64,000 bases of DNA from Candidatus Curtissbacteria bacterium (GCA_030647775.1 JAUSJC010000010.1:200718-264717); one strand, 5' to 3'; counted from the first letter of the stretch, positions 9,762 through 20,636 are shown. Notes: generated by a model from the sequence alone, not told the origin. Numbers and translations are program-made.

Positions 9762-11108
9762 TTATTTAAGATCAGAAAGTCTACGAGTTAGAAGGTCTTT
9801 CTTATTTTTCTTTGGGTCTTCTTGGACTTCTTCAAAAAGTTTATTCAAAATCTCTCCGACTTTTGGCCCGGGCTTCAGATTAAGCATCTTCATAACGTCA
9901 TTACCGCTAATTTTTAAATCGGCAACCGTAAACGGTTTTTTCAAAACATCCGTTATCTTTTGTCTAAAAAGTTTAAGCCGCCAAGATTCCGGCTGTTGCA
10001 GGCCGCCGCCAAGCCGGTCTCCAACCCGAAGATCCATCATATCCTCGACATACTCCAGTCCCACATTATGAATAAAACGGCGAATTGCCGCGTCCGTCTG
10101 GTTTTCGTTGACCGAAAATTGGTGCCAGCGCACCAAAAGAAATAACTTCTCCTTTTGCTCACGCGATAAATGCAGTCTATCGGCAATTTGCTTAACAATT
10201 CGCCCGCCAACAACTTCGTGATTATAAAAAGTCCGTACGCCTTCTTCCGTAACTTTGGCAACTTTTGCTTTGCCAATATCGTGAAGCATTGTCGCGAGTT
10301 TTGTAATCACGTCTTTGGACGGGCAAAACTTCAGGCTCATTACGCAGTGTGTTCCGACATCGTGAATATGATGCCTCTGCGGACTTTTTTGGGGAACGCT
10401 AAAACACTCGTCAAGCTCCGGCAAAATAACAGCAAGAATTCCGGTCTCTTTCGCCAGAAAAATTCCGTCCGCGCCATTATCACTAGCTACTATTTTAAAA
10501 AGCTCGTCCCTTATTCTCTCACCGGAAATTTTGGAGATCAGCTGCGCGTTTTTGGCGATAGACTTTTGGGTTTTTTCTTCTATCTTAAATCCCAAACCCG
10601 TTGCAAACCTTATTGCTCTTAAAAGTCGGAGTGCGTCCTCGCTAAACCGCGCGTCAGGTTCTCCGACAGTTCTAATAATTCTATCTTTAAAATCTTCAAC
10701 TCCGCCGTAAGGATCGACTGGCGTCTCATCTAGTTTACCCTGAGCGAAGCGAAGGGCTACGGCATTAATTGTAAAATCCCGCCTTGCCAGGTCTTCTTCC
10801 AAACTCTTCCCCCAGGCAACTTTTTCGGGATGACGTGAGTCTTCATATTTGCCCTCGGTTCTGTATGTGGTGATTTCGGCAATCGTCTTGCCGCTTTTGG
10901 CAATTCCCACAGTGCCAAAACGGTTGTTGTAAAAAGCTTCAGGAAATATCTTTAAAATTTTCTCGGGCGTGGCGTTGGTCGTCAAATCGAAGTCGGAAAT
11001 ATTTTTCCCAGCCAAAACATCCCTTACGCCGCCGCCTACCAAAGCTGCTTCATATCCGGCTTTTTCAATCTTATCCAGAATTTGTTTTACGTCAGTGTTA
11101 ATAGTCAT
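9762..11108 (-). CDS. cca: CCA-adding tRNA nucleotidyltransferase with HD domain
   Basis: GGGVRD head motif, HD domain, 448 aa. It contains an in-frame family A insertion (ALRFAQGKL) at 10736-10760. Confidence 0.85.
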   Translation of the reverse strand: MTINTDVKQILDKIEKAGYEAALVGGGVRDVLAGKNISDFDLTTNATPEKILKIFPEAFYNNRFGTVGIAKSGKTIAEITTYRTEGKYEDSRHPEKVAWGKSLEEDLARRDFTINAVALRFAQGKLDETPVDPYGGVEDFKDRIIRTVGEPDARFSEDALRLLRAIRFATGLGFKIEEKTQKSIAKNAQLISKISGERIRDELFKIVASDNGADGIFLAKETGILAVILPELDECFSVPQKSPQRHHIHDVGTHCVMSLKFCPSKDVITKLATMLHDIGKAKVAKVTEEGVRTFYNHEVVGGRIVKQIADRLHLSREQKEKLFLLVRWHQFSVNENQTDAAIRRFIHNVGLEYVEDMMDLRVGDRLGGGLQQPESWRLKLFRQKITDVLKKPFTVADLKISGNDVMKMLNLKPGPKVGEILNKLFEEVQEDPKKNKKDLLTRRLSDLK

Positions 11109-11117
11109 AATGACCTT

Positions 11118-11185
11118 CGTATGTCATGCTGAACTCGTTTCAGCATCTAGATCCCGAAACAAGTTCGGGATGATTAAATGTTTGG
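11118..11185. repeat. two short palindromes in the cca-recJ intergenic region (tgtcatgctgaactcgtttcagcatc; gatcccgaaacaagttcgggatga)
   Basis: Perfect inverted repeats. The first is family B-like. Confidence 0.4.
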
Positions 11186-11239
11186 CAAGTTCATTATATT
11201 ATGATTGTGACTTAACGTGCGATTTGTTGCTAAAATGAC

Positions 11240-12871
11240 TTGATGATAGATACCGTTTGGAAAGTTAAGGAAAAAAATCCCGACAAGGGAAGTAAGGATT
11301 GGCTAACCCATGTTCTTGCTAAAAACAGGGGGCTGATAACACCCCAGAAATTACAAGAATTTCTCAATCCCACGCTTGATCAAATCTTAGCCGTAGAACT
11401 TTCCCAAGTGGAAACAAGTGTCAAAAGAGCTATTAACGCAATCAAAGGCAAAGAAAAGATCATTGTCTACTCCGATTACGACGCCGACGGTATTTGCGCG
11501 GCAGCCATCCTCTGGGAAACACTTTATGATCTTGGTGCCGACGCGATGCCTTATGTTCCTCATAGAATCAAAGAAGGTTACGGACTTTCCAAGCCGGCCA
11601 TATCCAAGCTGGCCAAGGAGGGCGTTAAGTTAATAATCACTGTCGATCACGGTGTTACCGCAACCGGCCAGGTTGAACACGCGAGTTCCCTCGGGCTGGA
11701 TGTTATTATTACCGACCACCATGTTCTCCCCAAATTACTACCAAAACCATTTGCCATGTTTCATACAACGAGTCTTTGCGGCGCGGGTGTTGCCTGGTGC
11801 TTTGCCTGGGAAATTGCAAAAAAGTTAAAACCCGATTACAAAGAAAAACTTTTAGAAAAGTTAGAGCTTGCTGCCATTGCCACCATTGCCGATCTTGTCC
11901 CTTTAACCGGCGGCAGCCGCGCAATTGTCAAAATTGGTCTCGAAAAACTCGCTAGAACCAAAAGGCCGGGCCTAAAAGCCTTAATCCGTGCATCCCACGT
12001 CAATGGGAAAGTCGGCACATATGAAATTGGCCATATCCTGGCTCCCCGCATCAATGCCATGGGAAGAATCGAACATGGCCTGGATTCACTCCGCCTCATT
12101 TGTGCCAAAAACCAAAATCAGGCAGATGAGCTTGCTCAGCTTCTTTCTAAAACCAATACCAGGAGACAAGATCTAACCACCAAAGCAATAACAAACGCGA
12201 TGAGTTTGGTGAGAGACGATCATGTTGTCGGAGTGATTGCCAGCGAAAGTTGGCATGAAGGTATTATCGGTCTTGTTGCGTCTCGCTTAGTCGAAGCCTA
12301 CAAAAAACCGATGGTTGTCATATCTATTGGTGAGAATTTTTCCAAAGGTTCCGCTCGTTCCATTCCGGGTTTTAATATCGTCGAAGCAATTCGCGCATCC
12401 AGCGAATTTTTGATGGACGCCGGCGGCCACCCGATGGCGGCAGGTTTTACCATCGAAACAAGACATATTGAAGCCTTCTCCGCCAAAATCAATCAACATT
12501 CTAAAAGCTTAATTACCGATGAACTTTTAACGCCGCTTATCGAAATCGAGTGCCAACTCGAAACATCCGATATTAATCATCATGTTTTGGCTCAAACCGA
12601 ACTGTTTGAACCATATGGTGTTGCCAATCCGATGCCTTTATTTGTGACGAAAAATCTGTTGGTTGAGGATGTCCGGACGGTTGGTGCGGCAAACGATCAT
12701 CTAAAACTGCAGGCTTCCGGTCTTTCGGCAATCGGTTTTAATATGGGCAGACTGTCAAGCGATATCCGCCCCGGCTATTTAGTTGATTTGGTCTACACAC
12801 TTGCCAAAGATAAATATGCCGGCAATGGCGGCCTTCAGCTAAAACTCAAAGACCTAAGGGTTAAGAATTAA
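11240..12871 (+). CDS. recJ: single-stranded-DNA-specific exonuclease RecJ
   Basis: DHH motifs (SDYDADGI, DHH) and a DHHA1 C-terminal domain. Confidence 0.85.
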   Translation: MMIDTVWKVKEKNPDKGSKDWLTHVLAKNRGLITPQKLQEFLNPTLDQILAVELSQVETSVKRAINAIKGKEKIIVYSDYDADGICAAAILWETLYDLGADAMPYVPHRIKEGYGLSKPAISKLAKEGVKLIITVDHGVTATGQVEHASSLGLDVIITDHHVLPKLLPKPFAMFHTTSLCGAGVAWCFAWEIAKKLKPDYKEKLLEKLELAAIATIADLVPLTGGSRAIVKIGLEKLARTKRPGLKALIRASHVNGKVGTYEIGHILAPRINAMGRIEHGLDSLRLICAKNQNQADELAQLLSKTNTRRQDLTTKAITNAMSLVRDDHVVGVIASESWHEGIIGLVASRLVEAYKKPMVVISIGENFSKGSARSIPGFNIVEAIRASSEFLMDAGGHPMAAGFTIETRHIEAFSAKINQHSKSLITDELLTPLIEIECQLETSDINHHVLAQTELFEPYGVANPMPLFVTKNLLVEDVRTVGAANDHLKLQASGLSAIGFNMGRLSSDIRPGYLVDLVYTLAKDKYAGNGGLQLKLKDLRVKN

Positions 12872-12967
12872 TCCACATCGCAAGAGAGTTCTCGACTTCG
12901 CTCGAACAATATCGTTCGACTTGATGGAGAACTTCCTTAATATCTAAAGATAAGTTAAAATCAAGCC

Positions 12968-14290
12968 ATGCAAAGAACAATTATTGCCGATTGTCCGAAA
13001 AAGGTTGGAGAGAAGGTCGAAATCTACGGTTGGGTAGACACAAAAAGAGACCATGGAAAAATCACCTTTATCGATATCCATGACTTTAGCGGTCAAATTC
13101 AGGTTGTTGGTAGTGGAGAAGATCTTTCCGCCCTCAAACCCCAATATGTCGTCAAGGTCGAAGGGGTAGTTCAAAAACGCCCGCCAGAAATGGTCAATGA
13201 AAAGTTAAAAACCGGCGAAGTTGAAATCAAAATCGATAAAGTAGAAGTCTTATCAAAAGCCGACGAATTACCTTTCGATTTGGGTATGGGAACTTTGGAT
13301 TTGGAGCTTCCGACCCTGCTCGATTTTCGCGCCCTCACACTGAGGCACCCCAAAGTGAAAGCGATTTTTAAAGTTCAGGCAAAAGTTTTAGAAGGTTTTA
13401 GAAAAGCCGCCGAAGAAATTGGTTGTACAGAAATCATTGTTCCTACCATCGCCGCTTCGCAAACAGAAGGCGGCGCCGAAGTTTTTAAAGTCGATTACTA
13501 CGGTCACAAGGCTTTCCTTACCCAAAGCCCCCAGCTCTACAAACAAATATTAATCCCGGTTTTTGAAAGAGTTTTCACCGTAACCAAAGCTTACAGGGCG
13601 GAACCTTCGGTCACAACAAGGCACTTGTCGGAAGTCACCCAGATGGATTGCGAGATCGGTTTTGTCCAGTTTACCGATCTTCTGGATCTCTTAGAAAAAG
13701 TTGCCGTCGAGACGATCAAATACGCCGAAAGCGAGTGTGAAGAAATTTTAGATTCGTTGGGTCATAAAAAAATTGCTTTTGGGAAAATTCCAAGACTTAC
13801 ACTTCGAGAAGCTCAAGAAATAATTAAGAAAGAATATGGAAGGGATAACACCAAAGAAAAAGATTTAACTCCTCAAGACGAGCAAGACCTTTGCAAATGG
13901 GCGCTTGAAAAACATAAAAGTGATCTTGTCACTGTTACCCATTTTCCAACTGCCGCCAAACCTTTTTATACAAAACCGGATCCCGAAAATCCTAAGTTAT
14001 CTCTAAGTTACGACCTCCTTTTTAGGGGAGTTGAAGTTCTTTCCGGCAGCCAGAGAATAGAAGGTTATGACCAGTTGGTAGAGAGCATAAAAAGTCGGGG
14101 AATGAACCCCAAAGATTTTGAAATGTATCTTATGGCTTTCAAATTTGGTATGCCCCCCGAAGGAGGATTTTCTTTTGGGCTGGAAAGAATAACAATGCAC
14201 ATCTTGAACCTTGCCAATATCCGTGAAGCATCCCTTTTCCCCAGGGATATGGAACGAGTAGATATTCGTTTCTCTAAATTAGTAAAGTGA
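12968..14290 (+). CDS. class IIb aspartyl- or asparaginyl-tRNA synthetase; archaeal-type (possibly non-discriminating) AspRS is likely
   Basis: N-terminal OB fold plus class II motifs (FRAEPS...RHLSEVTQMD, GGFSFGLERI), 440 aa. Asp versus Asn specificity cannot be decided by eye. Confidence 0.8.
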   Translation: MQRTIIADCPKKVGEKVEIYGWVDTKRDHGKITFIDIHDFSGQIQVVGSGEDLSALKPQYVVKVEGVVQKRPPEMVNEKLKTGEVEIKIDKVEVLSKADELPFDLGMGTLDLELPTLLDFRALTLRHPKVKAIFKVQAKVLEGFRKAAEEIGCTEIIVPTIAASQTEGGAEVFKVDYYGHKAFLTQSPQLYKQILIPVFERVFTVTKAYRAEPSVTTRHLSEVTQMDCEIGFVQFTDLLDLLEKVAVETIKYAESECEEILDSLGHKKIAFGKIPRLTLREAQEIIKKEYGRDNTKEKDLTPQDEQDLCKWALEKHKSDLVTVTHFPTAAKPFYTKPDPENPKLSLSYDLLFRGVEVLSGSQRIEGYDQLVESIKSRGMNPKDFEMYLMAFKFGMPPEGGFSFGLERITMHILNLANIREASLFPRDMERVDIRFSKLVK

Positions 14291-15213
14291 AATTACCCCA
14301 AGCCGCTGTTGCCGCTTTAATTCTTGCCATTTCAATCTCCTTTTTCATATTGCCGAAGTATCGGCAGGATTTTCCGTTTACCGGGAGAGTCCAGAAAATC
14401 GATTTTCAGGATTCCTTAAAACTCGAACCATACCCGATTACCGTTTCCGGTTTTGAAAGCGCTCCAACTCTTTCCGCCCAAGCCGCCACCGTCATCGACA
14501 ACAAAACTGGTGTGACCCTATTTGAAAAAGACCCGGATTTGAAACATCTTCCCGCTTCCACAACAAAGCTGATGACCGCCTTAGTTGCTTTAGAAAATTG
14601 CCTGCCCCAAACCGTCGTCAGGATCGGTTTCGTTGAAGAGAAAGGTACTAAAATGGGTCTTGCCGCCGGCGACCAATTGACAGTTGAAAGCCTCCTTTAT
14701 GGACTGCTGGTTCCTTCCGGAAATGATGCGGCATTCGTACTTGCTTACTCTTGTAACGATTCTTATTTGGGGTTTATTGCCGAAATGAACAAAAAGGCTA
14801 AAGATTTAGGGATGGTAAATACCCATTTTGTAAATCCGGCCGGATTTGATGACCAGTTTCAATACTCGACGGCCCGCGATCTCACAAAACTTTCCCGCGC
14901 CGCCGTTGCTAATCCGCTAATTTCTAAAATTGTGGCAACCAAAAGTATCGTAGTCAACGATGTTACCGGTACAAAAACGTATTATCTGGAAAATGTTAAT
15001 AAGCTTTTGGGTAAAGTTCCCGGAGTTGAGGGTGTAAAAACCGGTCAGACAGAAGGGTCTTTAGAAAACTTGGTCGCCAGAGCAACCCGCGGCGGCAATA
15101 CCATTATCACTGTTGTACTTGGGTCTGGCGACCGATTCGGTGAAACCGGCCAGCTCATTGAATGGGCTTACAAAAACCACAAATGGATCTCACCCGGCCA
15201 GCCGAAGCCCTAA
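14287..15213 (+). CDS. serine-type D-alanyl-D-alanine carboxypeptidase (PBP5-like, S11)
   Basis: SxxK (ASTTKLMT), SxN (PSGND) and KTG (VKTGQT) motifs. Confidence 0.85.
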   Translation: MKLPQAAVAALILAISISFFILPKYRQDFPFTGRVQKIDFQDSLKLEPYPITVSGFESAPTLSAQAATVIDNKTGVTLFEKDPDLKHLPASTTKLMTALVALENCLPQTVVRIGFVEEKGTKMGLAAGDQLTVESLLYGLLVPSGNDAAFVLAYSCNDSYLGFIAEMNKKAKDLGMVNTHFVNPAGFDDQFQYSTARDLTKLSRAAVANPLISKIVATKSIVVNDVTGTKTYYLENVNKLLGKVPGVEGVKTGQTEGSLENLVARATRGGNTIITVVLGSGDRFGETGQLIEWAYKNHKWISPGQPKP

Positions 15214-16226
15214 CGGGAAATCCATGCGTCATCTACAGCGTCAATAAAAGCTTTCAAACTGCCTCTTGATGTAAAAATATAAACCGGCGTAAGATATTGA
15301 CTCGTTTTGCTGCTTTCTACGTAACCCAGATTAATATTCGTTATTTCAAAAGTGTCTGAACTGGAATTGGCATTGAATACTCCTTGCCCATTTTGCAGCT
15401 CTGTGTATGCTTTGGTGACTCCCTTCAGTGGATAAGTAGCGAATTTGAACCTTTCAAGGTTGTAAATATTCATTTTTGCTCCAACAATACCTTTATCGGT
15501 AACTTGGGCAACCACCTGACTTTTGCCGTCAGCAATTGGCAAAATTGGCAATTTATCTACGTCTGCCCTATAAAAATCGACTCTCACCAAATCGGAGCTG
15601 GAAAGTGACGAAGCCGGCACTAAATCGCTGGCGCTAAACTTTAAATTAGTCGTATAGACTCTATTATATGGAAATTCCTTGTCGCTTAAATTGAAGTTGT
15701 TGAAGAAGGTACGGGCTGTTCCAATGGCGTCATCCGTACTTTTTGGTTTTGAAATACCCTGCAGGCTTGTTTGATATAAAAAATCGCCGCTGGAACTGTC
15801 AACTGTAAATATCCGCGAGCTGTCTTTTGCATCAACAAACCTAAAGCCTTGGGGGATAATCTGTGGGGCTAGGGTAAAACCGATACTTTGTGCTTTCTTC
15901 TTTACGTCCTCAAGCTTCCCGAACGAAGAATTACTCGCCGATATTGCAAAAACTTTGGCACTGGTGGAAAGCTGTGGCAATTCGCCACTTATTGTTTCAA
16001 TCTTGTAATTTATTGTCCCTTGTTGTCTTATTCCATCGGAAAAGTCGGTTTTGGGTAATTTTCCAAAAGCCACTATTGCTGTTGGCGGCGGCGGCGGAAA
16101 GAGGGAATTTCTAATACTCTTTCCGAAGAGAAACAGAACAAAAAGGATCAAAATTCCGCCTATCCCTAAAGCTGTAAAAACCGATGCTCTTCGCCAAAAA
16201 CTGGCAAAGTTTGTTAAGGTAATCAT
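15210..16226 (-). CDS. hypothetical secreted or membrane-anchored protein
   Basis: 338 aa ORF with an N-terminal TM helix; no recognisable motifs. Confidence 0.5.
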   Translation of the reverse strand: MITLTNFASFWRRASVFTALGIGGILILFVLFLFGKSIRNSLFPPPPPTAIVAFGKLPKTDFSDGIRQQGTINYKIETISGELPQLSTSAKVFAISASNSSFGKLEDVKKKAQSIGFTLAPQIIPQGFRFVDAKDSSRIFTVDSSSGDFLYQTSLQGISKPKSTDDAIGTARTFFNNFNLSDKEFPYNRVYTTNLKFSASDLVPASSLSSSDLVRVDFYRADVDKLPILPIADGKSQVVAQVTDKGIVGAKMNIYNLERFKFATYPLKGVTKAYTELQNGQGVFNANSSSDTFEITNINLGYVESSKTSQYLTPVYIFTSRGSLKAFIDAVDDAWISR

Positions 16227-16246
16227 GCCTTTGATACAATTCTAGC

Positions 16247-17569
16247 ATGTCTAAAGTCATAGATCCCAAGCGCAGTCGAGTCATCGAGACCCTGAGTTTA
16301 TCGAAGGGTCGAAGGACCACAGGTCCTGAGCGCAGTCGAAGGATTCGCGTTCGATACGCCCCTTCGCCTACAGGCATTCCGCACATCGGTAATATAAGAA
16401 CCGCCCTTTTCAATTACCTATTTGCAAAAAACCAAAATGGCGATTTTCTACTGCGCATCGAAGATACCGATCAAAACCGGTTAATACCCGAATCCGTCGA
16501 AAAAATCAAAGAAAGCCTCGAGCTCCTGGGCCTAAAGTGGGATGAAGAGGAACACCAATCAAAACGGTTGGAAATCTACAAAAAGCATTTGGACATTCTT
16601 AAGGGAAAAGATTTGGCATATGAAGATGACGGTGCCTGGCGTTTTAAAGTTGAAAAGGGCAAAACACTGCAGTGGGATGATGTCGTTCATGGACAGGTTA
16701 AATTTTCATCAGACGTTATCGAAGACTTCATCATCATAAAATCCGACGGATTTCCCACTTATCACTTTGCTTCTGTTGTAGACGATCACGATATGCAGAT
16801 TTCCCACGTTTTCCGCGGCGATGAATGGATTTCTTCAACACCAAAACACCTACTAATATACCAGGCGTTTGGATGGGAACCGCCAAAGTTTGTCCACTTG
16901 CCGCCAATTCTCGGGGCTGACCATAAAAAACTTTCCAAGCGCGAAGGCGCCAAATCGGTAATTGAATACATAGAAGAAGGATATCTTCCGGAGGCGATTG
17001 TTAACTTTTTAGCATTTCTGGGTTGGTCACCCAAAGATGATAGAGAAATTTTCAGTCTTGAGGAGCTCACTCGCGAATTTTCCCTCGACCGCATCAACAA
17101 AAACAGCCCAATTTTTAATTTGGAAAAATTAAATTGGTTCAATAGTCAGTGGCTCCGAAGACTTCCACAAAAAGAATTATCCAAAAAAATCAAAAAAGCT
17201 TTTCCAAGATATGATCCAAAAATTGTCGGGAAACTCACCCCCCTTATCCAGAAAAGGATTACAAATGTTAACGATTTTCCAAAACTTTGCAATTTCTTTT
17301 TTGAAGTGCCAAAACCTTTAGATTCGGTTGTCGAAAAAGGTGTTCTGTCAAAAGTAGCCGAGAATTTTGTTAAAGTTTCGTGGAATGCGGAAGAAATTAA
17401 AAATTCGATAGAAGATTTTGCCCAAAGTCAAAAAGTCGACAAGAAAGATTTAATAGTCAGCATAAGAAATATTGTGGCAGGCAGACCTGTTACGCCCCCG
17501 CTTTACGAGTCGTTAGAAATATTAGGTAAAGATGAAACTATTGCAAGGCTCAAAAAATATGTCAGCTAG
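16247..17569 (+). CDS. gltX: glutamyl-tRNA synthetase (or non-discriminating GluRS) with an N-terminal extension built from repeat elements
   Basis: HIGN motif (PTGIPHIGNIRTALF) and KMSKS motif (KLSKR). The first roughly 35 aa (MSKVIDPKRSRVIETLSLSKGRRTTGPERSRRIRV) are encoded by two family A elements at 16268-16345. Confidence 0.85.
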   Translation: MSKVIDPKRSRVIETLSLSKGRRTTGPERSRRIRVRYAPSPTGIPHIGNIRTALFNYLFAKNQNGDFLLRIEDTDQNRLIPESVEKIKESLELLGLKWDEEEHQSKRLEIYKKHLDILKGKDLAYEDDGAWRFKVEKGKTLQWDDVVHGQVKFSSDVIEDFIIIKSDGFPTYHFASVVDDHDMQISHVFRGDEWISSTPKHLLIYQAFGWEPPKFVHLPPILGADHKKLSKREGAKSVIEYIEEGYLPEAIVNFLAFLGWSPKDDREIFSLEELTREFSLDRINKNSPIFNLEKLNWFNSQWLRRLPQKELSKKIKKAFPRYDPKIVGKLTPLIQKRITNVNDFPKLCNFFFEVPKPLDSVVEKGVLSKVAENFVKVSWNAEEIKNSIEDFAQSQKVDKKDLIVSIRNIVAGRPVTPPLYESLEILGKDETIARLKKYVS

Positions 17570-18221
17570 AAAAACTATTGTTGCAGTTTTTGCCCATCCG
17601 GACGATGAGGCCTTTGGCCCTTCCGGAACTATCGCCAAGTTTACCAAAACCCACGACGTTTATCTTCTTTGCGCGACAAAGGGGGAAGCGGGCAAAGATT
17701 TCGGCAACCATAAAAATCTGGCAAAAGCCCGGGTAAACGAATTAAAAAAATCGGCCAAAATATTAGGTGTTAAGAAAATTTATTTTCTAGGGTTTATCGA
17801 TGGGACACTGTCCAATTCTCTTTACCATGCGCTTGCTAAAAAGATCGAAAATCACCTAAAAAGATTAAAGCCGGAAACGGTAATTACAACTGAACCAAGA
17901 GGCGTTTCCGGCCATATCGACCATATCACCGTTTCCATGACTACAAGTTTTGCCTGCCGGAAATTGCCGTTTGTCAAAACCATCCTTTACCATTGCATAA
18001 CGGACAAGATGCGCAGTGGGTTTGGCGACGATTATTTTGTTTATTTTCCGCCCGGTTATAAAAAAAGTGAAATCGGTAAAATTGTTGATGTTTCCGATGT
18101 CTGGGACGTAAAAATGAAAGCAATGTTTGCCCATAAATCGCAGATTCAAGATGCCAAAAGGATACTTGAAAGGCGTCAAAACTTTCCCAAGAAAGAATAT
18201 TTTCTAGTCGTCAGTAAATAA
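17532..18221 (+). CDS. PIG-L/LmbE family deacetylase
   Basis: VFAHPDDEAFGPSG and GHIDH motifs. The start may be the downstream Met at 17559. Confidence 0.7.
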   Translation: MKLLQGSKNMSARKTIVAVFAHPDDEAFGPSGTIAKFTKTHDVYLLCATKGEAGKDFGNHKNLAKARVNELKKSAKILGVKKIYFLGFIDGTLSNSLYHALAKKIENHLKRLKPETVITTEPRGVSGHIDHITVSMTTSFACRKLPFVKTILYHCITDKMRSGFGDDYFVYFPPGYKKSEIGKIVDVSDVWDVKMKAMFAHKSQIQDAKRILERRQNFPKKEYFLVVSK

Positions 18222-18224
18222 TTA

Positions 18225-19379
18225 ATGAAACTTTTTAATAGTTCCGCCAAAAAAGAGGAAGCTGTTGATCTTTCAAAACCCATCGGTATCTATGTCTGCG
18301 GCGTAACCCCATACGATACAACTCACCTCGGTCACGCTTTTACATTCATAACTTACGATGTTTTGGTCCGCTATCTAAGATTTCTTGGTGCCAAAGTTGC
18401 TTATGTGCAAAATGTTACCGATATTGACGACGTCATTTTAATCAAGTCAACATCCATTGGAGTTAATTGGAAAAAACTTGGGGAAAAAGAGACTAAAAAC
18501 TACCTTGCCAATATGGATTCGTTAAATATGCTTCGTCCGGATTTTTATCCTCTTGCCACCGACCACATTACTACGATGATACGAATCATCGTAGTACTTT
18601 TAAAAAGGGGTTTCGCATACGAGAAAAATAAATCCGTATACTTCAGTATCAAGTCTTACAAAAAATTTGGCCAGCTTTCTAAATATGGTTATGACGCCAT
18701 GCTGCAAATTGCCAATGACCGCGGCAACTTCCCGCTTGACCCCGATAAAAATGACCCTCTGGATTTTGTGCTCTGGCAGGCGCAGAAACCTGGTGAACCG
18801 GCTTGGAATTCACCATGGGGAAAGGGTCGTCCCGGTTGGCATATTGAATGTTCGGCTATGTCCATAAAATATCTGGGCCCGACTGTAACAATCCATGGCG
18901 GGGGAGAGGATTTAATTTTTCCTCACCATGAATGCGAAATTGCCCAAAGTGAAAATTACACAGGGAAGCAGTTTGTAAAAATCTGGATGCACACCGCTAT
19001 GGTTTATTGTCAAAACAAAAAAATGAGCAAATCTCTTGGCAACATGATTTTTGTCCACGACCTCTTAAAAAAATATTCGGCAAACGAAATTCGCCTTTTT
19101 CTCCTAATGCACCACTGGCGCCGTTCTTGGAATTATCAGGAGTCGGATCTTAAAACTGCAGAAATTTTAGCCAAAATATTTGAGTCTCAATCTAAAGATG
19201 GGAATTTAAAAAAAGACGAGCTTAAAAAACTAATCCCGGATTTTTTCCATGCCCTGGATGATGATCTTAACACCCCAGATGCAATTACCGCCCTCGACAA
19301 CTTCGCTAAATCAAACGCGCAAAATAAAGGCTCGGTTATTAAAAATTGCTCTGAAATTCTTGGACTGCGGTTTAGCTGA
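18225..19379 (+). CDS. cysS: cysteinyl-tRNA synthetase
   Basis: HIGH motif (HLGHA) and KMSKS motif. It contains an in-frame family F palindrome at 18565-18597 encoding TMIRIIVV. Confidence 0.85.
   Translation: MKLFNSSAKKEEAVDLSKPIGIYVCGVTPYDTTHLGHAFTFITYDVLVRYLRFLGAKVAYVQNVTDIDDVILIKSTSIGVNWKKLGEKETKNYLANMDSLNMLRPDFYPLATDHITTMIRIIVVLLKRGFAYEKNKSVYFSIKSYKKFGQLSKYGYDAMLQIANDRGNFPLDPDKNDPLDFVLWQAQKPGEPAWNSPWGKGRPGWHIECSAMSIKYLGPTVTIHGGGEDLIFPHHECEIAQSENYTGKQFVKIWMHTAMVYCQNKKMSKSLGNMIFVHDLLKKYSANEIRLFLLMHHWRRSWNYQESDLKTAEILAKIFESQSKDGNLKKDELKKLIPDFFHALDDDLNTPDAITALDNFAKSNAQNKGSVIKNCSEILGLRFS
18565..18597. repeat. family F perfect palindrome (TACTACGATGAT-acga-ATCATCGTAGTA) inside the cysS CDS
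   Basis: Identical to the element at 56161-56196, which overlaps the lysS stop. Confidence 0.7.
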
Positions 19380-19872
19380 CTATTTCGAGCTTGCGAGAAA
19401 CAAGCTTTCTTATTTTAATTTCGATAATTCTGTAGTCTGCTTTTCCGCTTGGCGAATAAACGCTAACAATATCCCCAACCCTTTTTCCAAGAAGCGCACT
19501 GCCGATTGGCGAGCTGTCGGAAATTTTCCCCTTTAAGGGATCAGCTTCTTGCGCGCTGACTATTGTAAATTGCATATTATCTTCGCCGGCATTAATTACC
19601 ACTTCGTTTCCAAAACCGACAATTTCCGCTTCCTCGGCTTGTGTTACTTCGCCAAGCCGCATCATTAGTTTTAACTCGCGGACGCGGCTGTCTATTTTTC
19701 CAAGTTCTTCTTTTGCCGCGTGGTAGCCCGCGTTTTCCGAAAGGTCTCCCTGTTCGCGCGCGGCCACAAGCCGCGTCAAAACCCCCGGCCTTCTGGCGGC
19801 AAGCCCCTCAAGTTCTTTTTTTAGGTTTTCAAAGCCTTCCGGCGTAAATTTAAAGCTCGGTAGTTTTCTCAC
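19372..19872 (-). CDS. greA: transcription elongation factor GreA
   Basis: N-terminal coiled-coil (LTRLVAAREQGDLSENAGYHAAKEE) and FKBP-like C-terminal domain. Convergent 8 bp overlap with cysS. Confidence 0.8.
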   Translation of the reverse strand: MRKLPSFKFTPEGFENLKKELEGLAARRPGVLTRLVAAREQGDLSENAGYHAAKEELGKIDSRVRELKLMMRLGEVTQAEEAEIVGFGNEVVINAGEDNMQFTIVSAQEADPLKGKISDSSPIGSALLGKRVGDIVSVYSPSGKADYRIIEIKIRKLVSRKLEIVS

Positions 19873-20006
19873 AGAACAATTATATAAGCACGAATAGAAA
19901 ATTTGTTAATACCAAAATCTTCCGTTGGCACTGGTTTATCCTTCGTACTCGAAGGGTTGACTATGCTGGAACGTTCTATTTGAGTATCTAAGGCTGTTCT
20001 TTGAAT

Positions 20007-20636
20007 TTATGCAAGAGATTTAATCAGTTCAGGTAATTTCTCGAATTGTGAAGTAATTGCATCTACGTTTTTATACTGACTTTGTGAAAAAATAATCACC
20101 TTCATGCCTGCAGCTTTCCCTGCAACAATGTCGTTTTCGACGTCGCCAATATAAACTGCTTCTCTGGGACTTATATTTAGCTTTTGACATGCCAGAAGAA
20201 GCGGTTCTGGATGAGGTTTATGGTTAATAGTGTCTTGATAGGAGATTGTAACCTTAAAATACTTTTGTAATTTTGCAAGGGCAGGAGCTTCGTAAACACT
20301 TTCTTTAATCCGACTTGTAACAATCCCAAGAGAATATATTTTGCTTAAAGTTTCGATGACTTCCCCTGCCTTTTCAGGCATAGTCAACAATTCAAGATGA
20401 TATTTTATTTTACGACTTCGTCCTGTTTCCCATATTTGTTTAATTTCTTCATCTGAGGTGGATTTTGTAAGAGTTTTGATTGCGTCCATCATGCTCAAAT
20501 GAAAAATCGGGGGAAATTCTTCTCTTGTTGGTGGTCGATAACCAACTTTCGTCATTAAATCTTGAAAGAATTTTAAGTTTGCCTCAAATGAATTAAGTAA
20601 AACGCCATCAATATCAAAAACTACCGCTTTTATCAC
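20007..20636 (-). CDS. HAD superfamily hydrolase (beta-phosphoglucomutase-like)
   Basis: DxDGVL motif (VVFDIDGVLLNS) and C-terminal GDxxxD (IGDVENDI). Confidence 0.75.
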   Translation of the reverse strand: MIKAVVFDIDGVLLNSFEANLKFFQDLMTKVGYRPPTREEFPPIFHLSMMDAIKTLTKSTSDEEIKQIWETGRSRKIKYHLELLTMPEKAGEVIETLSKIYSLGIVTSRIKESVYEAPALAKLQKYFKVTISYQDTINHKPHPEPLLLACQKLNISPREAVYIGDVENDIVAGKAAGMKVIIFSQSQYKNVDAITSQFEKLPELIKSLA